Origin: Rhynchobatus australiae
Lineage: Eukaryota
DNA: 64,000 bases
Assembly (NCBI GenBank): GCA_034780895.1
Contig: JAUZTB010000068.1
Span: 32,511,319-32,575,318, forward strand
Direction: 5' to 3'
Shown here: positions 36,516 to 51,085 of the stretch, piece after piece
How the letters are laid out: every line of letters begins with the position of its first letter
Numbering within the stretch: position 1 is the first letter of the stretch
Made by a program: the position numbers and the translations under genes
The notes under the pieces: model-generated
The model's database searches: none
What the model saw: the letters and a program-made list of their open reading frames with translations, nothing else
What the model was told of the DNA's origin: nothing

Positions 36516-38481
36516 TTTATTAAAATTTTGAATAGCCTGTTGCTCCCAATTTGTGACACATGATCAGTTGATTGCCCTATAAGGCCACAGGTGGGCTGAC
36601 TGTTCCACAGACCAACTAATTATGTCTAAGTAGATTGGTAATGCACTTTGGGATTAGACCATGAGCTTGGATCTGAGTTTGTCTTGCAGAGATGAGACCA
36701 AAGTGCAACAAGAGCAGTTTGCCAAATGCATAATGCGTTTTTAACAGTTGCAGTCATATTTTGTTTGCACCTATGATGAAATTTTTTTTCCAATGTGCCA
36801 GCTGCTCTCAAATTCTATCATTCACTGATCACCTGCAGCACACCCAGCTGCAGAGCCAAACATAACCCATGTTATTAAAACGGATGCTGCTGTTAGCAAA
36901 TGCTAAAGTTGCTTTCATCAAACTGTCTGGATCAAATTTAGCCATGTAACCTTTTAAAATTTAAAAATTAAGCTTTGTTTTTTAAAGAATTTTTAAATTT
37001 TTGGGGTAGCTTTCTTGCACACTCTTCCTGGAATAACTTCTGCCAAAAAATCATTATACTTCAGTGTAGTACAACAATTACACTGTTGTAAAATTTAAAT
37101 TATTTTCAGTCCAAACTATTTTGTGGCTTTTGTGGTAGTTTTCAAAAAATTTTTCTGCTTTTATACCCAGTCTAAACCCTATTGGGAAATGCAGCCATGC
37201 TGCATTAGTTTTTCAAATCCACTGCAAACTATGTAAAATAATATGCAAATCATGTTACCAGTACAAAAGCACTCCTTTCACAATTTTCAAATTGAATGCA
37301 TGTAACCCACAACATTAGAGGTAATTGTTGAAATTGTTATTTTCAAATCTAATAGTTGAAAGACAAAAGATCTTGGAATTTGGCTTCTTAGTGTTTGTGA
37401 CACAGAAGTGCTGGTTTTTGCAATTAAATCTTCTCTGGTGGCATAGGAAGGCAGGCCCACCCCCAAAACTTGGCAGCTAACAAATTGCAGAACACTGATT
37501 TTTAACAGTGTGTAAATGTCACTGCTATTCAGAGACATTTTAAAAATGTTTAACTTTTAATAAATAGTAATTTAGTTTTAAGAAAATGAAATTGATTAAA
37601 ATACCTAATATTGATTATACATAATTTCTAAAAAATTGAAGGAAGAAAATAACGATCCCTTTGCAGCCACTGGGGCATGATCCTGCACCAGATTTAACCT
37701 GGTGCTGAATACAACAGATTCAAGCACATTGGTTGTAATACTGGGTTCTGTTTTTGGACCTCATGGAATCCATGGAGCAAACCAACTAATTCAACCATCA
37801 GAATTCATCATAACCTGCGGTACCTGTCTCCATATTTTTGGCTTTCTTCAAACCTACTCTCATATTGGTGACTTTTTTCCTAAAGGAGAGCTTTCCACCA
37901 GATAGATCACCCTTCTCTGACTAGGGTGTGTATATTCTTGTTAGATAACAGAATTAAGGGCACTGTTTCAATGAAAGGTAAATAGAGTTGACTTTATTAA
38001 ATAGAGTTGACTTTAAAAGTAAATAATGCCCTCCGCCACAGTTTTGTTATATTTTGATTTGACTCTTTCTCCCACCACCTCAGTAAAATTTATGCACAAT
38101 TCTGCCTTCCATACTATAATCCATACCAAATTCTGCCTGCTATATATCCTTAGTGTTTACTGGGGTTAAAGTTGAAGTCCAGCAGTGCCTCAAAGCTAAA
38201 ATTCTCATTCATGTGTTCTAATAATGATACAAGCTTAACTGGCTTTCTCGTTAGCAGAGCTCAGTTAATTTACATAGAGTGCTGCTTGATACTACTGAAT
38301 AAGCAGGAACAGTATCTAACTGACAATGTGAGTAATTTCAGAATAAGCTAATGTTTGTAAATGAATCCCATAATTTTCTGATGCACAAATAGAACAGATC
38401 CCAAATTGACCAGTATCTGGAATATTGTCTGCAAGTAACCCAAGAGTATTTGATGTTATTTATAAATGTAAAATATTGTTC

Positions 38482-39581
38482 GTCGTCTTGGAAGTTTCAT
38501 TTGGCCTGGTATCTACAGCCTTTAGGGGAACATTCCATTATTTTCTTTGCTCTAAGTAAGGGAAATAAAAGCAACCTGATTTTACATCTTCAGCACAGAC
38601 ATATGCATTTTTCTGTTTGTATACCGTATTGAATTCCTTAAATCATTTTAAATGTATAACTCAAGCTCAATGTAACCATCTTTTTTAAAAAAAAAAGTGT
38701 TGATTTAAAAAGTTAATGCAGCTTTCGGGTGAATTGTGATAGATTACCTCAATGTTTCTTAGTACTTTTTAGTTCTTGTATTGAGCTGTTTAACAAAGCT
38801 CAGTGTGTACTCATGATTGAGCTTCCCTTTGGTGATCAGATGGCAGTTGACATTTGATGCTATTGTGAAAATGTTATCAGCAAAGTAATTGCCAACTTGA
38901 ACTACATATACAGCTAGCTAAAGGTTTTTGCTACCATTCATAACTTTGAGCTGGTGAGAGCATTCAATTCATTGTACTGTCATTGCAGAATCAAACCACA
39001 GCTGGAGTGGTTTGTACACTGTCATTTAGTAGATAAGTGGTGTATAAAATTATGAGCTCAACTGTGGGTGGACCCATCCTTAAATATATGTGTTACTCTA
39101 TAAACTCTGCACTGTCTGTGACATTGCTTCTTCCTAAATAAGATGTGCATGTAACTACTGTGCACTTGATAGGTTAAAATTTAGGTGCAGGAGTGGGTAA
39201 TTCATCCTCTGGAAGCTGTTTTGACTTGTCGCTCAACTCTATTTACCTTTCATTGAAACAGTTCCCTTAATTCCGTTATCTAACAAGAATATACAATTTG
39301 TCGCCTTGGAAGTTTCATTTGGCCTGGTATCTACAGCCTTTAGGGGAACATTCCATTATTTTCTTTGCTCTAAGGGAAATAAAAGCAACCTGATTTTACA
39401 TCTTCAGCACAGACATATCCATGTTTCTGTTTGTATACCGTATTGAATTCCTTAAATCATTTTAAATGTATAACTCAAGCTCAATGTAACCATCTTTTTT
39501 AAAAAAAAGTGTTGATTAAAAATTTAATGCAGCTTTCGGGTGAATTGTGATAGATTACCTCAATGTTTCTTAGTACTTTTT
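38482..39581 (+). repeat. Spaced direct duplication of about 285 bp (38482-38770 and 39300-39581)
   Basis: Near-identical copies differing by a few substitutions, one 4-nt indel and A-run length, separated by about 530 bp of unrelated sequence. Confidence 0.95.
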
Positions 39582-40869
39582 ATAAAAGAAAGGAGTAAAT
39601 CCAAATAATTTGAAGTGTTGAGTTTTTAAATTTAGAAATTATTTCTGAATTACGAGCAGTTCTACTTTTTCACACTTCAGCACACTTCTCAGCCAACTAT
39701 ATATTTAGAATCCCTTTTGTTTTGTTTAAACTTGATTTTCTTTTGGAATTAATAATTAGTGGGGCACAGAAAATTACTATTATTGAAATGAGCTGGCTGA
39801 AATATTGCTGCTGGTAGATTCCATCTGTCCACAGTGAGTGCTTTAGATATTCTTTAGTTATGCTTAATTTTGTCTAGATCTGTCTAAACTATATTTGTGC
39901 TAGCGATGAACTCAATTTAGCCTGTAATTTTGCTATTTTTGTCCCATTGAATTGGTTCTGCATGACTGGAGTCTGTGGATTAGTCAGTCTATTGTGCATT
40001 CACTAGTAATTAGCAATCTATTCCCAGTAAAACAAAGTTGTTGCAGTTGCAGACTTTTAAGTATGTTGTCTCGCTACTGTGTAACAAGTGAATGTTTCTT
40101 TGGAAAAGTGATGGGTCCAGGTGAGCTGGTTGTTAATTACAAAATGTAAATTCATGAATATAGTTTTTATTAATATAGAAAGTAATGTTGGGAAAGAGGC
40201 AAGAAATTTGCAGCTAAAGCCTATGCATTCATGTAAAGCAGCTTATCTGTGCCTGTATGCAGTAAGATCTAGACAACACTCAGTCACAGGCTGATAATTA
40301 ACAAGTAATGTAGAAATATAATGGCATAGTAGTAGGCCATTCAGCCCATTGAGTCTAGTAGAGAAATTATGGGATGTGCCCTTTGGTTTTTGAGCCTGCT
40401 AATTGAAAGGGTTTCCATCTTTTTTTTAATCTTATCTAAACTAGTCCTGATCTTGTAGTTCTATTAAATGCACTTGCGATGTTTTCTCCAAGGCAAACAA
40501 CCTCAATGTCTCCAGTCTAGCCTTGTCACTGAAATTCCTCATCCTCAGAACTACTCTGATAATTATCAATCTTTTCTGCACATTCTCTAGGAGCATCATA
40601 TCAGTGGGACATGATAATCCAGTTGTGGCCTAGCCAGTAAATTGTGCAGGTTTCACACAACTTCCCTACCTTTGTATTCTATATCTCTGATGAATTCTAC
40701 GATCTCATGCTTTAGCAGCCACTCTTTCAACATACCTTACCACTTTAAAATACCTGTGCACATGTGCATGCAAGTGCCTATATTCCTGCATGACCTTTAG
40801 TCTGTCGTCTTGCCTTGTTCTTTCTGTGATAGGGTAACACTTCAAGTTTTTTTTCCCATGTTAAATTAG

Positions 40870-41545
40870 CAGGTAACCACTTTGCTAAGCACCTGTGCTC
40901 CGTCTGCCATCGCCATCTGGACCTCCAGGTTGCTAGCTATTTCAGATTTTCCCCCTCCGTTCACACACTGACCGTCAGCCCTTGGTCTCCTCCACTGCCA
41001 GGGTGAGGTCAAACACAGACTAGAGGAAAACCAAAGTCATTCCAGCAGCAGCAGACATTTAAGTGGGTTTTTGCAGCAGCTTTTATAAGCACCTCATAGT
41101 CCACCTGGGTGCTCTATAACCTGACGGCATGAACAACCCTCCTCCTTACCGTCTAGTATCTTTACCTGCCTACTCCATCTGCCCATCACCCCTCAACACT
41201 CCTTCACTGGGACCCTCTCCCCATTGATCCCATCTTCCCACCCCACCTCCCTTATTTGGTTCCATGCTCCACATTCCTTTCCTGTCAGATTTCATTGTCT
41301 GCAGCTCTTTGTTGCCTCCACCTATCGCCTCCCTCACTGTCTCCACCCTTCTCTCTCCCACCTGACTCCATCTGCCAATCACCCTTCCTCCCCTGGATCC
41401 ACCTATCATTGTCAGCTCTTGCCCCACCCCTCACCCTCTCCTCTTCATACTGGCCATCTCCCCTCTACCCAAGATGTCGACTGTTGATTTCCCTCTACAG
41501 ATGCTGCCTGATCTGCTGAGTTCTTCCAGTAGTTTTTGTTATTGG
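40870..41545 (+). mobile_element. Second 5'-truncated Penelope-like element remnant
   Basis: Translates to LGLLHCQGEVKHRLEE ... HLIVHLGAL*PDGMN (GIY-YIG C-terminus), then a pyrimidine-rich tract and the terminal repeat gtcgactgttgatttccctctacagatgctgcctgatctgctgagttc. Confidence 0.8.
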
Positions 41546-42399
41546 GGTTTTCTCCCATTTAAATTGAATGTGGTGTTTTGGTGTTAGTAGACACTGAACA
41601 TGGCAAGTGAGATGGCACTAAAACGTGGATTTAGTTCTTGCATTCCCACAACTTGAAGAATACAGAGCTTAAAATGCACTATTTGATGAGTCACAGACCT
41701 ATGAATACTTGAAATATGTAGTTAGTGGAGATTGTGGTACTTGTGCTTCAATCCAGTGTAATTTTGACATTTAATTATAGACAGCAAAGGGAAATGGGAA
41801 CATACTAAATTTTAGCTTTGACTCAAATCCAAAACTTTTGCATGGAAGTCAGAAGGTTATGGATTTGTCTCATTCCAGAGAATTGAACACATTATCCAGT
41901 CTGACACCCTAATGAAGCCTCCTATGAAGTTTGGCACTTTCAGATCTGACATAAAACCAAGGTCATCAGGTGTAAAAACTCCTATGTCATTATTTGAAGA
42001 AGAGCTTGGAAGTGCTGAATCTGCTAACTATTCTTTCTCTATCATTGTGTTCAATCTAAGAACATCGAATTGGGAATGGCCATTCAGTTACTCATGCCCG
42101 CATTGCCATTCAATAAGATCATATTTGATCCCTTGTTAAAGTCTCATTACTTTAAAACCTTTTTATCTGATTTATTTTTATTTAAATAGTCTCTCAGGAG
42201 CCCAAACATAAGTCAAATTCAAAATGTTTTTCCTCAAAATGTTAAATTTTTAAGTGGCAGTGGATGGGGCCACTTCCCCTTTTAAAGGTGCAGCTGATAG
42301 TTATTTTGAAATGAGCAAAAGACTTGAGCTGTGTTGCGAGTCCACTGATGGATAATCGATCACCTATATCCACAGGATGTAATACATAGAAGGCAGAGA

Positions 42400-43290
42400 A
42401 TCAAAATAAATGCATCTTTTTCAGGCTGGAATTATGTATGTAATGGAGTGCCCCGAGGGTCAGTCATTGGCCCTCAATTATTTGACATTTATATTAATGA
42501 CTTGAGAGGGTGAACACAAGAGTAAGGTGCCCAAATTAGCTGATAGTGCAAAATTAGGTGGGAGAGCATGCTGTGATGAGAGCATGAAGAGAGAATGCAG
42601 ATGTGCAGATAAGCAGATGTTCTTGTGCATAAACACAAAATGTTAGCATACAGGTGCAGCAAGTAATTAAGAAAAATTGGCCTTTGTTGCAAGGGAGTTG
42701 GAGTTTAAAAAAAACTGAAGTATTTTTGCAATTGTGCAGGTTGTTTGAGAGTCCACACTTCGGCTACTACAGATAGTTTTGGTCCACCTGGTTAAGAAAT
42801 ACACTGGCATCAGAGGCAGTCTAGAAGAAATTCAGTGATTCTTGGCATAAGAGGATTGTCTTGTCAAGAACGGTTTTAAAAAAAAGTTGGATCTGTATTT
42901 ATTTTTGGAGTTCATAAGAATTATATTGAATTGTATAAGATCCTAAGTGAGCATGAAAAGGTAGATTGAAATGATTCCACTAGTGGGAGATTTTCAAACA
43001 AGGAGACATAGTTCTAAGATAAGGCAGTAGTTGTTTGAAACTGTGGTGAGTAGGAATTTCTTCGTGTGGAAGATGATGAATCTCTGGTATTCTCTAGAGG
43101 GTTGTGGAGGCTACATCACTAGAGGTATCGAAAGGAGGGAAATACCTCTTATGAAAGGTCACACAGTTGAGTACGATGTGGAAGTGGCATAGAAGAGAAG
43201 TTGAAAGAGGGTAGATCAGCCATGATATTGAATAGTGAGCCAGTCCTGAAGGCCTAGTGGCCTGTTTGTGCTCCTGTTTTCTTGTGTGTA
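42400..43290 (+). mobile_element. Old CR1-type LINE RT and 3' end
   Basis: GVPRGSVIGPQLFDIYINDL motif at about 42444-42505 and a CR1 3' tail at about 43210-43285. Confidence 0.8.
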
Positions 43291-43607
43291 TCAGGCAGTT
43301 CAATAATAATGTGTGGTTTTTCAGGAATATATCTAGCTCCAAGTAGTCATTGACTGTATCAAGACAGAGACTTACAAAATGTGAGGACGCAGTGCACAAT
43401 TAAACGGCCAAAGGCTGCAACATGACAAGATATGTCCTGGTTTTGCATCAATTATTTTCAGGGAAAAGTTTGAATGATTATATCAAATGACTCATATTTG
43501 GTGTTCTGTAATTTTGTCTATCATGGAATAAAGCAGATTTCTAATAGGGCTGAATTTACCTTGCCTACTTTGGAACATCTCGTCCCACCTTGGAAACATT
43601 GAAGGAA

Positions 43608-43702
43608 TGTGTGTGTGTGTGTATGTATATGTGTGTGTGTATGTATGTGTGTGTATATATAGATATAGATAGATAGATAGATATAGATATAGATAGTATG
43701 TA
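43608..43702. repeat. Compound microsatellite (TG)n/(TA)n/(GATA)n
   Basis: Directly visible. Confidence 0.95.
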
Positions 43703-43714
43703 TGAGCCCTGGGC

Positions 43715-43812
43715 CAAATGCGCATGCTTGGACATTGTTCCGAGTTACATACAAAATTGGGTTACGAACACTCTCAAAACGAAACTCGTTCGTAACCCAG
43801 GGACTTCCTGTA
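43715..43812. mobile_element. Tigger-like MITE right end
   Basis: gggttacgaac...gttcgtaacccagggacttcctg followed by TA. Contains an internal inverted repeat. Confidence 0.55.
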
Positions 43813-44669
43813 TATATAAAAAGAAGTCGAACATATCTTTGGAGTTTATTTGTTTAAAATTGTTTACCATTTTTAATGCATGATTGTGATAGTCCAAGAT
43901 AATGAGAAGAGTAAATCAGAATATAATTTTCACACCTTCTAAAGAAATGAGGGTGAAGAAGACACAACAAGGAAAAGTTCTGGGCAGCTTTGAAAGACCT
44001 GGGCCATCATGGCATTGATAAGACTTTTCGACTCAAGCTTTTTTTTGCTTGTTGAAATGACGACTTGCCAGTTCTACTGCAGTAGCTACTTCCCTGCCCA
44101 AGGGAGTACATTGTGCTTGTGGGCATTCATCCATTTGTGCCTGTGCAGGTTAAAAACAGATTGAATCTCCCAGGTACCCAATGGGATGCTAATAATATCT
44201 TGATCATGTGCACAGTTTTCATCTTTGTTTCAGGTAGTTGTTGGGGCTGTACTCTTTTCAGTGAACAGTTGTCATAAGAATAACTATTTGGTTTAAACAA
44301 CTCCTTCCTCTGCTACTTTCACAACCATCATCACCCCTGTGTACCAATAGCTACTCCACTTGCAGCCTAGCACAGAATCTCTGGATCTCCCCCAGAAAGC
44401 CATGAGAGAATTTCAGCTGCCCACCCGGTGCTGTTGTGTCAGCAGGTTATGGTCTCCCAGTGCTCTGTGAGCATGTTGGTCGGTCCCAACACGCAATTTC
44501 CTGGACTATAGAGGTAGACAACTAAGCAAGCCTCTTTGCTTCCTTCTCCAGTGGGAGAGTCCATCTGAGAATTATGTTGCTATGTTCCTGAGTCAGTTCT
44601 ATTATGTTTGTTTTTTGCTGTGCTAAGTATCAAAAAGATTAGAAAAAGTTTCTGCAAAATGTATATAAC

Positions 44670-46680
44670 AGATAGCTGGACTTAGTTCTGGGAAATGAAC
44701 AAGTACTACTGGGGAAGCATCTAGAAAATAGTGAACATAATATCATAAGTTTTAGAATAGTCCAGGAAATGGATATTAACCGCTAAAGACTTCTTTAAAA
44801 AAAAATCTATTGAAGAAGGTTCACTTTCAACAAGACACAGGCATTTGGCCTGTGTAAATTAAGATCCAAGCTTGGTAGGCAAAACAGTAATAGAACAATG
44901 GAAGGACTTTGGGGTGGTGATGTTTCAGTTAAAGTTGAGGTGCAATCCCATGGAAGATGAGAATTGGTAAATTGAAGTCAAACTTCCCCGTGTGATCAAA
45001 ATAAAGTGGGGGAATAAAAATCATGACAGAATAAGAAACTGGTTGACTACAATAAGTTCAGAGGAAAATTAAAAAAGAGACGAAAGGTTAGTATGAGAAA
45101 TGATTGTCAGCAAACATCAGAGGAATCCAAAAATATTACGTAGCTATGTGAACAGAAGGGTTACAGAAATGAGATCTAAAAGGAAATCTGCCTGAGGAGC
45201 CAGAGGGCATGACTGAGGAACTAAATTAGTACTTTACAGTATTTTTTGCCAAGGAAGATGATGTTGCAGCAAATGTATTCTGAATGGGCTAAAAATTCAG
45301 AAAGAGGATATGCTAGATAAAGCAAATAAATCTGCTGATCCTGAAGAGAAGTGTACTAGGTTGCAGAGGGAAGTCAGCAGGGAAATTGCAGAGGCCCAGT
45401 CTATAATCTTCCAAATATCTGTAGACTTAAGGGTGATGCTGGGGAACTGGAAAATAGCAAATGTTACGCCTTTGTTCAAAATAAGCATAAATCCAACAAC
45501 TATGGGCCAAACATTTTAACCCCTGTGCTGAAAAAAGGTCTAAAAGTAATTGGGGCAATGTTGGACAATTGAATCAGTTTGAGAGGGAAATTTTCTCTAA
45601 CTAACTTGGAGTTTTTGATGAAGTTACAAAGAGGGTAAATGAAGGAATTGAAAAAGTATCAGTAAAGTTGAAGTCTATTGAATAAAAGGGGCTGTAACAC
45701 CATGGCTAGAAAATTGGCTATGTAACAGGGAACAGCTGTAGTGCAATGTTGTTGGTGGATTAGAGGTAAGTGTTTAGTAAGGGTTCCCCAGGGGTTGGTA
45801 CTCGTATTAACATATATTTATGACTTTAACTTGGATGTATAGGACGCAATTTCCAACTTGTCGCAAGACTTGGTAATAAACTAAGGAGGTTAGTAAACAG
45901 CCTCAAGGAAATATAGACAGCTGCTGGAATGGCATATAAGTGACAGCTGAGATTTAATGCTGAGAAATGCAGTGTGATATTTCAGTGAAAAGAATAAGAG
46001 CCAACAAAAACTAGCGAGCACAATTGTAAAAGATGTACAAGAACAAAGAGAGCTGAGGTTATATGAACATAGTTTGTCAAAGTGGTAAGAAGGGTTGAGG
46101 AGGTGCTCAAAAAAAAATACAGAATAAATGGAGACAGAGTGCAGGAGGAAGAAAGTTTTGATGAATCTTTACAAAGCATTGATTGACCATAATTGGAGTA
46201 TTATCCATCTGTGGGCTTTAGGAAAAATGTGTAAAGCCTTCAGAAAGGGTGTAGAAGATTCATGTAAATGATTCCAGGTATGAGAGACTTGTAAATGAGA
46301 AAGCTGAGGTTGTTGTTCTTGGTACAGAACAGATAGTGAGGGAATATAATGGCGATATTTAAGATCAAGGGCATGGACAGAGTCGATAGAAAGAAATTTC
46401 GCCCATTGACAGAAGAATCAGGTGAGATAAAGTGAATGGCAAAAGAACTAAAAATAACATTAGGAAGGACTTTTTAAACACAATAGGCCTGTAGGGTGTT
46501 GATTGGACTGCCAGAGATGGTAATGGAGGCAGATTCAATTGTAGCATGCAAAGGAGAATTGGATAAGTATCTGAATGGAAGTAAAATGCAGGGCTATGAG
46601 AGAGAGGGAATGGAACTAATCGGATTGTTCTTGAATAGATTGTGTGCAAACTCAATGGGCCAAACAGGCTATGCTTCTGG
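44670..46680 (+). mobile_element. Long, heavily decayed CR1-type LINE (ORF2 to 3' tail)
   Basis: Peptides LDLVLGNE, EIAEAQSIIFQIS...GNWKIANVTPLFK and GLPEMVMEADSIVACKGELDKYL. Confidence 0.85.
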
Positions 46681-48179
46681 TACAACTTACTTTTGTAACA
46701 CCAGTTCTATTTAAATGATGGAAATAATTAACTCCTGAGTTTCTTCCTTTTGCTATCTGTAAATGAGAGTAGTCGTGCAAGTTTCAGAAAGATGATCTGG
46801 ATCATGTGCTCTATTTGTATTGCATAAGCTTAATGGAACAACAGAGAGAAAGCATGTAGTACTGCACAAGCTGTAACCTGTTCAAAAGCAAAATACTGCA
46901 GGTGCTGACAATCTGAAATGAAAACAGTCTTGGAAATACTCCATGTCAGATGACACCTATGGAGAGAAAAACAGGCTTAACATTTCAGATCAATGGCCAT
47001 TCATCAGTTGTAACTTGTGCTTTACCCAGCAGCCTGTGAGGCAAGGGTCCAGCTGATTTAGATCATTTTTCTTAAAAAAAATTATCTCTTCCCTTGGTTT
47101 TTGCAAACCCAAATTTCAGGAATCATTTTAGAAATGGCCTCTTCTTTCAATGTATTTTATTCACGGAACTTGCATATAGGGTACAGTACATATGTCACAG
47201 TCATTCTATTTATTAGATTTCCATTACATCATCATGTCATTTACTTTTCCATTACGTAGTTCCTCAGGCAAGCAGTCTGTGGTTCCAGCCTCATCGTGTG
47301 CAATAGGAATGGGATCTTAAACTGCAGCCTTCCTTCATGGAGCGTTTGCAGCAGCTGCATAAACCTTCAGTGTGTCCTCCAGCAATAGTCCTGAACCTTG
47401 GAATGTGCCAGCCTGCAATATTCAGTTGTGTATAATTCCTTGCACTGGAAGAATAGCAAACTCCAGAAAGACCAGAGGGTATCTATAATAGTTGATAATC
47501 TTCCAGCAGCAGTCACTGTTTGTTACTCTGGAATCCTAACTTTCAAATGACCTTTCTTAACGAAAGGCTGAGCATATCCAGAAGGTGTGATCTTTGCTGT
47601 TTAAAGAGAATATTTTTTTTTGTGGCTGGTTAAAAGTTGTTTGCATCTGCCAGTTCTANNNNNNNNNNNGTGGATCTTTTCACTCCTTCATGTTATACTT
47701 GTGACCATTGCTGGTCATGTGTTCTGGTTAAATTAACATTGATTTATGGGGTATTAGAATATCTACATGGCCTTATAAAAACAAATATCACTGTAACCAA
47801 CTTACTAGTTCAAAATGTAGAGTGTCTTAAAGTTGACTTCAGTGTTATATTGTCACAAGTTGTTGTCTGTCGTTCATGGATGAGGTATGGTGATTGGAAG
47901 GAAGTGTGGGTATAGAGATGTGGAAATGAGGTATTGCCTCAGTGCAGACAAGCTACCTCCTGTGTCATTACAAGTATAAAACATGAACATTTTCTGTAAT
48001 TGGATTGGAATTCTGCCTTTAATCAATTCCCACTTTAATAAACTTGTGCTTCCGCATTCATGTACATTTAGACATGCAGATTTTAAACTTCACTGCAGTT
48101 TGAGCTGCATTGATTTTCCTTTCTTGCTTTTTGATACTTTGTCCACCACCATTGTTGTATAGCTTTTTATTATTTCTCA

Positions 48180-48510
48180 CAATGTAACAGAAGGGCATTC
48201 GGCCTCTGGAGTCCATGCCAAATCTCAGAGCATCATCAATCCTGTTCCTCCAGCTATTTCCCTGTAACCTATTCTCTCTCATGTGCCCAATCACTCCACC
48301 CTGGTTCTCCTAACATGCATCTGTATATCAGGTAATTTACAGTGACAATTAACCTTCCAACCAGTATGTCTTTGTAATGTGGAGAAAACCAGAGCACCTA
48401 CAGAATCGCACACAGTCACAAGGAGAACATCCAAACTCCACGTAGACTGCATCAGACATTGAGCCTGGGTCACTGGAGCTGATGCAGCAGGATTACCTAA
48501 TGTGCCACCT
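48180..48510 (-). mobile_element. Decayed V-SINE
   Basis: tgtggagaaaaccagagcacc...cacagtcacaaggagaacatccaaactccac is the reverse V-domain. Confidence 0.7.
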
Positions 48511-48519
48511 GATTATACA

Positions 48520-49600
48520 TCCAATTATTAAGCATCTAATGGTTGTAGGTCGTTTTAAGAACATCTCCATCCATAACTATGGTGGAATACTGCAAGAAGG
48601 TACCAAAGATAAGGCTGAAGCATTTGGAATGCTCTTCAGCCAGGACTGTAGAGTAGTTAATATATCTTAAATTGTTCATGAAGCTCCAACCAGTGGAGGT
48701 TAATCTTCAGCCAGTTTGATTCATTCCACATGTAGTAAATAGCTGGAAGGAGGACAAATTCAGTCTGGTTAACTATCATGCAGTTGGACCACCGTCAATC
48801 ATCAGCAGTGGGTCATCAATAACACTATTACTTGGCACTAGTCAGATCCAAATCACTTGTATTTAGTCTCAAGCAAAGGCCAAAGACCTAAATTCCAGGG
48901 GCAAGTTGTGTGTGACTGCCCTTGACATCAAGGTATTGTTTGACTGTGCCCTTCAAGGCATGGTAAAACTAGTCAACGGAGCAATGTGTATCGGGGGGAA
49001 ATACTCCCTTTGTTAGAATTTTACCTCTCACAAAGTTAATCTTGAGTTCTTGGCCTAACTATCAATGACCTTGGGTTTATTATGAAGTGGGAATGGTTGG
49101 TGTTTATTACCCAGTGTACAGTTTCATTTGCAATTCCACAGCCAATGAAGAAGCCCATTCCTGTATTCAGCACAATTTAAACAACATTCAGGCATGGATT
49201 TGGAATTGCCGTTTGTGCCAGATAAAGTCCACCTCCAACTAGACCAGCTACCCAAGATGTTCAACAGCATTAGAATGTCCTCTACAATCAACATCTTAAG
49301 GATTGTCACTGACTAGAATTTTAACTGAACAGTTGCATATTTGTCCAAGATCATAAGTCAGATTCTCGTTATTCTGCGGGGAATAACTTGCACTCTAACA
49401 ACTAAGAAACAGGTCAGGAGTGTGCTGGATTGCCTTTCATTTGCCTGGATGTGTGTAGCTCCAACAATATTCGTCGCCATGCAGAGGAAAGAACCCATCT
49501 GAATAGCAGCACGTTCATATCTAAAAGTTCATTCCTTCTACCAATGCACCATAACTGCACTCACAAAATGTACTGCAGTTGTTGGTGTAGGATGCTCTGG
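48520..49600 (+). mobile_element. Ancient L2/CR1-group LINE RT remnant
   Basis: KDKAEAFGMLFSQDC and ALDIKVLFD-like motifs, highly degraded. Confidence 0.55.
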
Positions 49601-50689
49601 TATTTCCCAAAAAGCAAAACCAGCAAAAAGCACAAGCTGTAGGCATCACTGGGTCTAAATCTTGAGCAGCTCCATTGTTTGGCAGAAGAACCCCCAACTC
49701 CCACTGCCCCATCAACATGTATGATGTGTTGGAGTTTGTAATAGTACACAAAAGTATTGAAAGGTGCAGATGAAATACTGCATGTTAAGGTTTATCAAAA
49801 TTTCAGAATCCCAATGCATGCTACTTCTGTGAAGCACATTCACTAATGTCTTCTTTCTTAAATTCCTGAGCAGTTTGTTCAAAGTATATATTTTACAAAC
49901 AATGTGATCTATAATATTAACCGCAGGGAAAATTTGTATGTGTTTGCCACTGTCCAGTTGCTAAAATGTTATAGCTTAACTATGCCTTAACTGTTTCAGT
50001 TTTTATGAAGATAACTTGAAAGTCTGTATTCAGGCAACTGTTTTGAACTTTCCTGCTTTTATTACAGTCGATAAGACATTGTCCACCTAATTTAGTAGTT
50101 TTATTGTGATTTGTTTGTGGATATAATTCTTAAATTCTATGATTTTGATTCCAAATTTGTGATGTGCATGGAGTTTGGATTCCTTTCAGCTTCAGAGGCT
50201 TGTGAGGAAGAATCATGAGAAACAGCCCAGCGAAACACTTCCAGTGCTGTGCTCTGCTCTAACATACAGGGAGTTTTACCAGCTATTTTATAGACTGCCT
50301 CCAACAAAGCTTGTAAAGTACAGCATGTACATTTTTATAAGTTTATAATTTTTTGTTGCCAGACCAATGATTGCATTTTGCTTTCAAGCTCAGCAGTGTT
50401 ATTTGTTGGGTTCACTTAGATTACTTATGTTTCTTTGAGAAATTCATGGAATCTTTATTCATTGGGTTGAGAAGTGGAGAATATCAAGTTTGCTGGAAGC
50501 ACCAGGAATTTTAAAATGATTTGAAAAGAACTTGAGAGCAACAAACTTAATTTGAAGTATGGCTTTGTCTGTATTTGAATTTAAAATGATTGCACAGTGA
50601 AAGTGTTAGAGAAAATCCTCAACTGTGAACTTAGTGCACAGACTAATTGATCTTATTAATCTAGTTAAGTAAAGCTACTATGAGGCTAG

Positions 50690-51085
50690 GAGATAGTGTC
50701 ATACAGTGGGAGACATGTCCTTTGGCCCACCATGCCCATGCAAACCATCAATTACCCATCTACACTAGTTCCATTTACTAGCATTTGGTCCAAAACCTTC
50801 TACACTTTGGCAATTGAAGTGCTAGTCTGGATGTTTCCTGAATGTGGTGAGAGTACCCACTCAGTATGTTCCAAATTCCAACCACCACTCATTTGGGGGG
50901 GGGGGGGGGGAATTCTCCATATCCCCGTAAACCACTTTCCCCCTTGCCCTAAATCTGTACCCTCTAGTTTTTGACACCTCTGTTATAGGAGAAACTTTCC
51001 TAATATCTATCCTGTCTACGCTTGCAGTCAAGCCCAGACTCTGTCTCCTCCACTCCAAAGAAAACAATCTAGCCTCTCCAGACTC
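50690..51085 (-). mobile_element. CR1-type LINE 3' end
   Basis: Minus-strand peptide MFSLEWRR...VDRIDIRKVSPITEVSKTRGYRFRARG. Confidence 0.8.

Noticed and set aside
37979-38015. Short tandem duplications (taaatagagttgacttta x2; also tggactatatatg x2 near 58264-58290)
   Set aside because: Ordinary slippage duplications with only two units.
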